Assembly (NCBI GenBank): GCA_043803085.1 | Contig: JAZDKM010000247.1 | Span: 3,315-67,314 of the forward strand | Origin: Planctomycetota bacterium | GTDB lineage: Bacteria > Planctomycetota > Phycisphaerae > UBA1845 | Direction: 5' to 3' | DNA length: 64,000 nt | Part shown: positions 46,148 to 53,938 of the stretch, piece after piece | Layout: every line of letters starts with the position of its first letter | Position numbering within the stretch: the stretch's first letter is position 1 | Translations under genes and position numbers: made by a program | The notes under the pieces: model-generated | Databases searched by the model: none | Told to the model about the DNA's origin: nothing | Seen by the model: the letters and a program-made list of their open reading frames with translations, nothing else

Positions 46148-47155
46148 CTATGACGCTTTGCTCACGTATCCGCCCGCCGCGACCTGGGCCGCCTCGGTGA
46201 CCAGCGACAACCATTTGTGTCTATCGTACTGGCGCGTCTGCTGGACGCTCGCATGGCCCGCCAGCTGGGCCACTCGGATACTGTCGATCCCGGCGTCCAG
46301 CATCATCGTGATGAAGGCGCTCCTCAATTCGTGGAACCGGCGCGGTTCCCTGATCCCCGCCCGCCGTTGCAGCGCCCGGAAGCTCCGCGGATGGTTCCCT
46401 TGCAGGTCCCGCAGGGCGCCCCAGTGGCGTGGCCCCGCGAGCCGCTTGCGAATGAACCGCTCCTCGACGCACAGATAGCCTTCCGGCTCTCCGTGCAGCT
46501 CCTTGATCCGGGCGGCGACCAGTTCCTGCAGGGCGACGATCCGCCCGTCGAAGGCCATCGCCGCCGGCAGTCCAATCAGCCGGGCCTTGTGGCCCTTAGC
46601 GCCCCAGGGCAAGGTCTTGTCCCCGCCCTTTTTGTGCTTCAACAGGACGTGGGCCCCGTCCGGGTCGCCGAGCCGGACGTCGCAGACCTGGATCGCCTGC
46701 ATCTCCCCGCGCCGGCAACTGAGCAGTCCGAAGCAGAGCTGGAGCTGCTCCACCGCGCTCGCCACGGCCATCAGCCGGGCCAATTCCCGCGCGGTGAACG
46801 TCTCCCGGGGCGGCTCCTCATCGACTTTCACAGGGCCGATGAAGCCGAACGGATCGACCGTGATATCCCCGCGCTTGCGCAGCCAGGCCCAGAAGGGCCG
46901 AAAATTGTTCAAGTAGCCGTTCACGGACACAGCGCTGCGGTCCTGGCCGAGCTTCTCGCGATAGTCGTCCGCCAGGGCACTGGTCACACAGCGAAGCGGC
47001 AGGTCGAATCCGACCTCGCCGTCGGGCGACCGCACCGGCTGTCCGAACCATTCGAGAAAAAAGCGGCAGGCCCGCCGTTTCATGTCCACGGACGCGGGCC
47101 GCAAGCGATTGCGGGACAGGTAAAGCTCGAACATGGCTTGTACCGACTGTTCCAT
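46148..47155 (-). CDS. int: Tyrosine integrase/recombinase
   Basis: SAM-like N-terminal domain (SVNGYLNNFRPFWAWL); catalytic CRRGE, FHELRS, LAGHAS, TRQY. Confidence 0.9.
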   Translation of the reverse strand: MEQSVQAMFELYLSRNRLRPASVDMKRRACRFFLEWFGQPVRSPDGEVGFDLPLRCVTSALADDYREKLGQDRSAVSVNGYLNNFRPFWAWLRKRGDITVDPFGFIGPVKVDEEPPRETFTARELARLMAVASAVEQLQLCFGLLSCRRGEMQAIQVCDVRLGDPDGAHVLLKHKKGGDKTLPWGAKGHKARLIGLPAAMAFDGRIVALQELVAARIKELHGEPEGYLCVEERFIRKRLAGPRHWGALRDLQGNHPRSFRALQRRAGIREPRRFHELRSAFITMMLDAGIDSIRVAQLAGHASVQQTRQYDRHKWLSLVTEAAQVAAGGYVSKAS

Positions 47156-47280
47156 ATACACTCCTTTCCGTCGGCCCGTGCAAGCCGACCCCAGTGTATC
47201 CTGCGGACAGTCGCCGGACAAGCTATGTCATGTCTCACTCGTACTGGTTATTGAGTTGTCAAAGAGCGCCCGCCCTTCGC

Positions 47281-47562
47281 TCAGAGTAGAGCGAACGCCG
47301 CCAGCGTGAGATCGAGGTACCTCTCGGCCTCGGGCTGCTCGTTCATTTGGCGCCAGACCTCCTCGATCTGGACGATCTCGGCATGGATCTTCGCCTCCTC
47401 CCTCAGCAATCGCTCCCGTTTGGCGGCTAACCTGCCCCGGAAGGCTCCGACCGGCTTGGGCCTTGGGGCGGCTGCCGTACCCTTTATCTGGCCCCCCATT
47501 CCCACGGACTCCTCTTGCGGGTGTGCTGCTTCCTGTGCTTGTGCTGCTTCCTGCTCGGCCAT
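47281..47562 (-). CDS. Hypothetical coiled-coil protein
   Basis: AGGAG RBS; start MAEQEAAQ. Confidence 0.5.
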   Translation of the reverse strand: MAEQEAAQAQEAAHPQEESVGMGGQIKGTAAAPRPKPVGAFRGRLAAKRERLLREEAKIHAEIVQIEEVWRQMNEQPEAERYLDLTLAAFALL

Positions 47563-47600
47563 GTCCGTGTCTCCTGTCTGTGATCCTCTATCATCGTTCT

Positions 47601-47709
47601 GCCCGGCCACAGATGGGCTTGGCGGCTGTCTGCACCGGAGCCGACTCGATGCAGGTGGGCTTTTTACGGCTACCCATGTGCCACTGTCCAAGCCCATCGA
47701 CGGCCGGGC
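47601..47709 (-). ncRNA. Candidate multi-stem leader RNA
   Basis: gcccggcc/ggccgggc and gatgggcttgg/ccaagcccatc outer stems enclosing two hairpins. Confidence 0.4.
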
Positions 47710-47861
47710 CTCATACGCAAGCCCCGGTCCGGCGGGTCATCCTGGGAGATTCGCTGCCGGCCCGGGTGAGCGGCGCGGGCTGGGCGTTGGCCTGTGGTGG
47801 CCCGGTCTGCGTCGCGTGATCCATACCCTTGATCTCCATTTCCAGCCAGTTTGTCGGACGG

Positions 47862-47890
47862 AATGTAGACGGCAAGTGTCCCGCTGTCAA
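47862..47890 (-). promoter_or_regulatory. Sigma70-type promoter of the integrase/recombination operon
   Basis: TTGACA-N17-TACATT with GGGACAC in the spacer. Confidence 0.7.
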
Positions 47891-48189
47891 CGATTTTGTT
47901 GGACTTTCCGGGACACTTTCGGGACACCAGGTCGTCTCACGTTTCGTAAATCGCTTTGTCTACGCCGCTTGCGCGTGACGCGCCCCGGAAAATAATTTTT
48001 CGCGTCCCGGGCTGCCTGTCCCGGAAAGTGTCCCGCCGAAGTGATTTTTTTCTTGCCGCCGGGGGTCTCTCCTCCATCGGGTGCTCCTTTCGCGGAATCG
48101 AGTTGCGCGCTGAAAACCGGATTTCCACAAGCCTCATACCTATATTATAGGCGAACCGCCCGCCGGATCGTTGATAATAATTCCGGCGC

Positions 48190-48789
48190 TCAGAGAGATT
48201 TTTCCGGCTCCTCCTGATCCGCTCCCTCCGGCGGCTCCGTCCGCCAGCCCGCCGTCTGCCAGAAATCGCCCCGGACGGTCTTGGACCGCAGGCGGCCCGG
48301 CTTCCACGGGCGCCGCCGCCGGACGATGACGATCTGGTCCAGGTGCAGGAGGACCGCCCGCGTCAGGGCCGGGATCTCAAGCAGCCAATAGGGCCGGTCC
48401 GTGACGATTCCCGTCACGCAGGAGATCACGGCGGCGACGTTCAGCCGGAGCTGCCCGGCCAGGATCTCGTCCACGTCCCGGATGAACAACGGGTGAATCC
48501 GATACCAGAGGTCCCCTTGCCACGGCTGGCAGGCGACCCCGCCCACCCAGTAGATCCGCTGCCCGTCCGGCGTCGCCGGGCAGTCCGCCTGGAAGGCGAG
48601 CAGGCCCGGCAGGTAGCGGTCCTCCGTCACGGTCAGGACCATGTGCTCCCCGATCCCGAGGTACTGGCCCTTGCCGAGTTCCGGGGAGGGGCCCAGGGGG
48701 AGCGGCCCGGGCGTGCACCGCAGGCGGATCTTCAAGGCGGTCGCCGCCCGGATCAGCTCCACTACGGCCCCGATGTTGCGTGTTTGCAT
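48190..48789 (-). CDS. Hypothetical protein
   Basis: GAGG RBS; start MQTRNIG; last gene of operon B. Confidence 0.55.
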   Translation of the reverse strand: MQTRNIGAVVELIRAATALKIRLRCTPGPLPLGPSPELGKGQYLGIGEHMVLTVTEDRYLPGLLAFQADCPATPDGQRIYWVGGVACQPWQGDLWYRIHPLFIRDVDEILAGQLRLNVAAVISCVTGIVTDRPYWLLEIPALTRAVLLHLDQIVIVRRRRPWKPGRLRSKTVRGDFWQTAGWRTEPPEGADQEEPEKSL

Positions 48790-48793
48790 AACC

Positions 48794-50569
48794 TCAGAAG
48801 CTCTCCACCAGCGCCTGGAACGGCCAGATATTGACGACGTCGCCCGCCTCCGGGGCCGCCGGCAGACTCTCATAGAGCGTGACGACCCGCCCGGCCGTAT
48901 AGAGCCTGATCCTGCCCCAATAAGTCTGCCCCGTCGTGGCGTCCGTAAACGTGAGGATCGTCCCCCGCGGATAGGCGTTCGCCACCGCCGGGAACCCGCT
49001 CGACAATGTGAAGCTCCGGGCGGTGCTCGCCGTCGCGACCGTCCCGGCCTTCAGGGCCAGGCTGCCCGTGACGACGGTCCCGATCTCCGTGTGAATGGCG
49101 GAGAGGCCATAGGTCGCGTGCGTCAGCAGGTCGTACAGGTCGTTCACGTCCCGCGCCAGGTAATCGAGATAGCCCGCCCGCACGGCCGTCAGCCGCCCTT
49201 CCAGCGAATCGACCATCCCTTCCAGGACGGCCAGGTCCGCCGCCAGGGTATCGCCGGCGTTCGGGTCGCCGATCCTGGCCTCGATAGCGTCCACCATCCC
49301 TTCCAGCACGGCTAAGTCCGCCGCGATGGACGCGGCGTTCGGGTCCCCAACGCGGTCGTAGATGTCGTTCACGTCCCGCGTGATCCGGGTGTTCGTAGTG
49401 CCGATATTCGTGGCGAGCGTCGTGGTATAGCCCTGGGCCGTCATCGCGCTCTGCACGTCCTCGACGGACAAGCTCGGCGTCGGCGTGGAGGCGTCGGAGA
49501 CCTGACCGCCCGCCGGGGTGAACTTGTAGTAGGTGGTCGTGTCCGGCGTGATCGCGCCCGCCCAGACGCCGCTGATGACGATGGTATCGTTGGCGTCGTA
49601 ACTGTCCGTGACGGCGTAAACGGTCGAGCCCGCGCCGGTCCCGCTGACCAATTGCACCAGGCCCGTCAGGTTGTCCGCCCCCACGTCCCCGGAGGCCAAC
49701 TGGATCGTATTGGTCGTACCAGCCTGGGCCACGCCCTCGGCCGCCAGGGCCGACGTCGGGGCGTACTCGATCTTGTAGGTGGTCGTGGCATTGGGCGCTG
49801 AACCCGGCCAGGTGTCCAGGATCGTCAGGGCCTTCGTCGTGGAATTGTAGGCCACGCCCGTCCGAATCGCCCAGGCGCCCGTGCCGGTGAGCAGAGTAAC
49901 GGCGCAGGGCGTGAAGGCGTCATCGGCCCCCGGCGTGTCGGCGGCCAGGACGATCGTATTGGTGGTCCCGCCCGCTTGGGCCGTCCCGGTGATCGCCAAC
50001 GGGTCCCCGCCCCCGCCCCTTTGCACATACCACGCCCCGGAGTGTTTCTTCTTATTGTTCGTAAGACTGTCGTCCCACCACTCATCGATGAAGCTGGTGG
50101 CCAGCTCGTCGCTCGTGAAGGCGTTCGAGGCGATGGTAGTGGCCGTGATCCCGCCCGCCGCGAGAGATACCGTAGCGCTGCTCTGGTCGAATACGTGGTA
50201 GGCGCTGGCGTTTCCGAACGTCGGGATGTAGAACACGGCGTCGCCGAACAAGGGAGTTGCTGTGTCGTCATTGACATCGACCGTTACGACGGCGGCGGTC
50301 ATCTCGGTATTCGTGAGTACGAGCGAGAAGGTCCGGCCGAGGTCCGTCACGGCGTTCGTGGCCCGCGCCCCGCTCACCCCGTCCTGAAAGACCCACACGT
50401 CCGCCGCCGCCGGGGCGGTCTCGTAGACCCGCCAAGGCGAGTTGGAGTCGTAGATAGTGAAGTAGAGCGTGTATTGGGTCGCGTACTTCGCGGGCGGCAG
50501 CCAGGTCGCCGGGTAGGCCCCAGAAGCGATAATCCCCAGGACAATTCCAACACCAAGTATCCGTTTCAT
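48794..50569 (-). CDS. Signal-peptide-bearing fibre-like protein
   Basis: MKRILGVGIVLGIIASGAYP; Ig-like N-terminal domain, three GTAQAG-type beta domains, coiled repeats (GDPNA..IAADLAVLEGMVD). Confidence 0.7.
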   Translation of the reverse strand: MKRILGVGIVLGIIASGAYPATWLPPAKYATQYTLYFTIYDSNSPWRVYETAPAAADVWVFQDGVSGARATNAVTDLGRTFSLVLTNTEMTAAVVTVDVNDDTATPLFGDAVFYIPTFGNASAYHVFDQSSATVSLAAGGITATTIASNAFTSDELATSFIDEWWDDSLTNNKKKHSGAWYVQRGGGGDPLAITGTAQAGGTTNTIVLAADTPGADDAFTPCAVTLLTGTGAWAIRTGVAYNSTTKALTILDTWPGSAPNATTTYKIEYAPTSALAAEGVAQAGTTNTIQLASGDVGADNLTGLVQLVSGTGAGSTVYAVTDSYDANDTIVISGVWAGAITPDTTTYYKFTPAGGQVSDASTPTPSLSVEDVQSAMTAQGYTTTLATNIGTTNTRITRDVNDIYDRVGDPNAASIAADLAVLEGMVDAIEARIGDPNAGDTLAADLAVLEGMVDSLEGRLTAVRAGYLDYLARDVNDLYDLLTHATYGLSAIHTEIGTVVTGSLALKAGTVATASTARSFTLSSGFPAVANAYPRGTILTFTDATTGQTYWGRIRLYTAGRVVTLYESLPAAPEAGDVVNIWPFQALVESF

Positions 50570-50571
50570 AA

Positions 50572-51810
50572 TTAGGTTCTCCTGTGAAACCACCAGTTTT
50601 TTATCTTCTGGTTGCTGCTTGGAATCATGATCTGATCCATTAAACCCAGCGAATCATTGATGGTTCGTGTGATTGACCCGCCACCCGGAACGAAATCGTA
50701 TGACATGAGATCGCTCAGCCCCAAGTCGGCCGCCACAGTCTTAAGGCCTAGATAGACAGGGTCTATTGAGTCTGTGACGCCGAGAACTTCGCCCCTCGTC
50801 TTTTCGAGAACTTGGATTGTCGCCGCGTCGTCTGTTAGGCCCAACTCCTCCGATAGAGTTCTTATCATTGCCGAAAGCGCAGAGGAATCATCGCTTAGCG
50901 CCAGCCCTTCTTCCAAAGTCCGCAAAATTCCTCTCAGGGCGGTTTGCTCGTCGGCAATCCCCAATGATTCAGCCTGCGTCCTTGACGCTTCGCTCATCTT
51001 GGTGCGGGCCTCGGAAATGCCTACGGACTCGTCAAAATTTCTGGATACAGTCTGAAGCAAGGTTCGACTGTCTGTAACACCAAGAGCATCATTGATCGTG
51101 CGTACGATAGGGCTAGCGACTTCCTGGAAGGCTACGGCGATGGCCCCATAATCATCACTGGTAGCTTCCGTCCACGACATTGACTGGGCGCCCGTCCCGG
51201 ATTTGACATAGTACTGCCCGGCACCGCCATAGGCGGCAATGTCCTCTTCGTACAAGGAGGTGCCCGTTCTCGCAGTCGGAGCAAAACCGTTGTCGCCAGT
51301 TGCCACGACGGCGAAGATCAAGCAGCCGGCTGCTACTGTCGTTACGGAGACGTTCGGATTCGCGCCTGTGGTCGCGTTGACGCCGGACGAATCAAGCGCA
51401 CAAGTCGAGTCCGCGCCTGCATTGCCGGTGGCTACATAGACCCACATTGTTCTGCCGTTGTCATTGGGAACATTAACCGTCAAAGACTGGCTGGTTGGCG
51501 GGGCCAGCAGGTACCACATCTCTACCGACGTTTCCGTGACCCCTTGTCGAGATTGTGCTTGGGTCAGATCAACGCTGTTGTAGGTAGGCGCGCCGCCGGT
51601 GCGGGCCGTGACGCCGGCATAGAGGACCATGACCACGAGGACCTCGGCGTCCGCTCCGCAAGTATAGGATGCGGACGCGGCTGAGGTCGTGGTCGTCTGC
51701 GCCGTAGCCGGGATGCGAGCCTTAGTGTCATAGGTGAGCGCACCTTCTGCCAGCCGGGGCCAGAGCGCCAGCAAACCTACCAGAGCGCAGAACATAACTC
51801 GCTTGTTCAC
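50572..51810 (-). CDS. Signal-peptide-bearing protein with 20-aa repeats
   Basis: MNKRVMFCALVGLLALWPRLAEG|A; about 8 RT...E.LG.SD repeats; ends NWWFHRRT. Confidence 0.7.
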   Translation of the reverse strand: MNKRVMFCALVGLLALWPRLAEGALTYDTKARIPATAQTTTTSAASASYTCGADAEVLVVMVLYAGVTARTGGAPTYNSVDLTQAQSRQGVTETSVEMWYLLAPPTSQSLTVNVPNDNGRTMWVYVATGNAGADSTCALDSSGVNATTGANPNVSVTTVAAGCLIFAVVATGDNGFAPTARTGTSLYEEDIAAYGGAGQYYVKSGTGAQSMSWTEATSDDYGAIAVAFQEVASPIVRTINDALGVTDSRTLLQTVSRNFDESVGISEARTKMSEASRTQAESLGIADEQTALRGILRTLEEGLALSDDSSALSAMIRTLSEELGLTDDAATIQVLEKTRGEVLGVTDSIDPVYLGLKTVAADLGLSDLMSYDFVPGGGSITRTINDSLGLMDQIMIPSSNQKIKNWWFHRRT

Positions 51811-52397
51811 TAGGAACCCAGATAGGTCACATTCCAGGTGACAGTTAGGGTATCGGCGGCCCCTTTGTTGATGGCGCCGGAGAATACGGCAATTGAGAAC
51901 GTCTGCGTCGCGTCCGCCTCACCTGCGTCGGTCGTATTGGCACAGATCGAAACGCGGTTGATATTCGAGTTCGTTGCTTCGCCCGCGCCCCATTGGTTGC
52001 GGAATTGGCAGATGTTCGCTGCCGCTCCTTGTTTGGGCGTGGTATCGTCCAGGGCCTGGGCCGATCCTGAAACATAATCGCCGACGGCAATGTAACTGCC
52101 GGCCCCGCTCTTGGTGGCCGTCGTGGTCGCCGTGCCCAGTTTCATACCCCAAGTCGTATAGGCGGCTGTGTAGATCGCGGACTTGGCAAAGTCATCGCCC
52201 TTGTCAGTGACAATGTTGCGAAAGACCTGGCGCTCGATGAGATTGCCATACTGATCGTGCCTTTCAACGACGACCTCGCCCTTCAAAGAGGTCTTATCGG
52301 TCTTACCTGAAATGGGGACCGCTTTTTGGCTCACGCCATAGGTCAGCGACAGGGCGCTAAGCGCGTATACGGCCGTCAAAAATATTCCACGTTTCAT
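51810..52397 (-). CDS. Signal-peptide-bearing phage tail-fibre-base-like protein
   Basis: MKRGIFLTAVYALSALSLTYG; LKGEVVVE...NIVTDKG...MKLGT...INKGAADTLTVTWNVT. Confidence 0.65.
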   Translation of the reverse strand: MKRGIFLTAVYALSALSLTYGVSQKAVPISGKTDKTSLKGEVVVERHDQYGNLIERQVFRNIVTDKGDDFAKSAIYTAAYTTWGMKLGTATTTATKSGAGSYIAVGDYVSGSAQALDDTTPKQGAAANICQFRNQWGAGEATNSNINRVSICANTTDAGEADATQTFSIAVFSGAINKGAADTLTVTWNVTYLGS

Positions 52398-52440
52398 TTT
52401 TTCCCTTTCGATTCTCTATGGAACTATTACTCTTTTCCGG

Positions 52441-53253
52441 CTAATTTCGCCTGCGCCACCACCAGTTGTTGACGTTGGAGGAGCCGAACTTCCCCTCCCG
52501 GATTTGCATGATCTCGGCGCTGGTCAGAACCCGATTAAAGACGACCAACTCATCGATCTGGCCGTCGAAGTGCCGCCAAGCGAAACTGTCGACGGGTTCT
52601 CGGCCTATCGTGAACGGATTGGCGTCACACAGCGGGTCCAAGCCTGTACTCGACGTGTCCGCTGCCTGCTCAGCGGTTTCGTCCCATAAGCGTATGCCGT
52701 AAGTACGGGCCGAACCGTTGATCCACCAAGCGACGTGGTACCACTGGTCCATGACGAGAGTAATCGTGCCCAGAGTCAGCGACACAACAGTCCCGCCATC
52801 GACCGCGACGGTCATGCCGATTTTGGGGCTGGCACCCACCGCGATTTCTCCGATGGTTTCCATGCTGATGCCGTTGGCGGCCTTGCCCCAGATGGCATAA
52901 TTGTAGCTCGCGCTGTATTCGTCGGGCTTGATCCAGCAGCAGATAGTCAAGGTCTTGTTCGCCGTCCCGCCCTTCAGTGGGAAACCGGCGTCCAGGTCCG
53001 CGTCGGGGCAATTGAAAAACTGGCTGCTGGTCCGTACGAAATCGGCGCTCGCCGCCCCTTCATGGTAGTTGTCGGTATCCGCCGTCGGCGGCGACACGGA
53101 AGCGGTCAGGGTGTTCGTGCCCTTGCTGTCGGTGGTCAGCGCGCCGTTCTCGAAGCGCCAGACCGCCTTGCAGTTCGGGTCCGAAATGAAATCGTTCGCC
53201 GCCCACCCCGGCAGCGCCAGCAGCAGAATGAAAAGCAGTATCGCTCGTTTCAT
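52441..53253 (-). CDS. Signal-peptide-bearing LamG/concanavalin-like protein
   Basis: MKRAILLFILLLALPGWA|A; AVWRFE, TICCWIKP, WYHVA, FDGQIDELVVFNRVLT; ends NWWWRRRN. Confidence 0.8.
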   Translation of the reverse strand: MKRAILLFILLLALPGWAANDFISDPNCKAVWRFENGALTTDSKGTNTLTASVSPPTADTDNYHEGAASADFVRTSSQFFNCPDADLDAGFPLKGGTANKTLTICCWIKPDEYSASYNYAIWGKAANGISMETIGEIAVGASPKIGMTVAVDGGTVVSLTLGTITLVMDQWYHVAWWINGSARTYGIRLWDETAEQAADTSSTGLDPLCDANPFTIGREPVDSFAWRHFDGQIDELVVFNRVLTSAEIMQIREGKFGSSNVNNWWWRRRN

Positions 53254-53371
53254 CGTTTCGCTCCTATCCAGCGGGCCCGCACGTAGTTGCGGCCCCAGCG
53301 GACCAGTTGCGCTGTCCCTTCGACCAGCCGGTCCAGAATCACCCGGCTTATGAATTGACCTTTGGGCCGTC

Positions 53372-53827
53372 TCATCTGCGCACGCTCCCGCATCCGATGG
53401 TCGGCGGCTGGTTCGGCCGCAAGGCCAGGATGACGTAAGTCCCTTTTCTCGTTTTGGCCAGGGCCGTCGGGCCGGGCTCATCCGTCGCCGTCAGCGTGAT
53501 ATAGTGCACGCCGACCGCCGGCGTGAACGTCACGTGGATATCGTTGCCGTCCACGGCGAGCGCGTACTTCGCCGGCTCAAGGACCGTCACCGTCACCGGG
53601 TCGCCCTCCGGGTCGCAGTAGTTGGCGTCATAGAGGCACGGGACCCCGGCGTCCACGATCTCCCAGCCCAGGCACAGTTGCCGGCCCGTCTCCGGGTCCG
53701 TCGCGATCCGCGCTGGATCGATAGTGAAAGGCGCCCCGATGGGGTCCTTGAACTGCTGTTCCGGACACACCCGCCCGAATACCAGCGGCGTCAGGACCAG
53801 GCCCGCCAAGAGCAAAAAGCGTTTCAT
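53372..53827 (-). CDS. Signal-peptide-bearing Ig/cadherin-like protein
   Basis: MKRFLLLAGLVLTPLVFG; DPEGDPVTVT...TFTP...ITLTATD...NQPP. Confidence 0.65.
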   Translation of the reverse strand: MKRFLLLAGLVLTPLVFGRVCPEQQFKDPIGAPFTIDPARIATDPETGRQLCLGWEIVDAGVPCLYDANYCDPEGDPVTVTVLEPAKYALAVDGNDIHVTFTPAVGVHYITLTATDEPGPTALAKTRKGTYVILALRPNQPPTIGCGSVRR

Positions 53828-53938
53828 CGCACACGTCCCTTTCCAAGAGCGGGGACCGCCGGGGAGGAGGACTTGTCCGCCGGAGGGAGGGCGGACTTAA
53901 AGGGCCGGCGGCCCCCAAGACCAGGAAAGAACCTCCTT

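Larger units (their letters stand above)
1..48180 (-). mobile_element. Temperate podovirus-like phage/prophage A (integrase, replication, packaging, head, tail); left end runs off the window
   Basis: Colinear integrase-recombination-replication-terminase-portal-scaffold-capsid-tail gene order. The right boundary is inferred from a promoter and GGGACAC boxes at 47,860-48,035 and the end of the other structural operon at 48,190. Confidence 0.75.

Noticed and set aside
47563-48189. tRNA or att core at the A/B junction
   Set aside because: No cloverleaf and no direct repeat could be identified within the window
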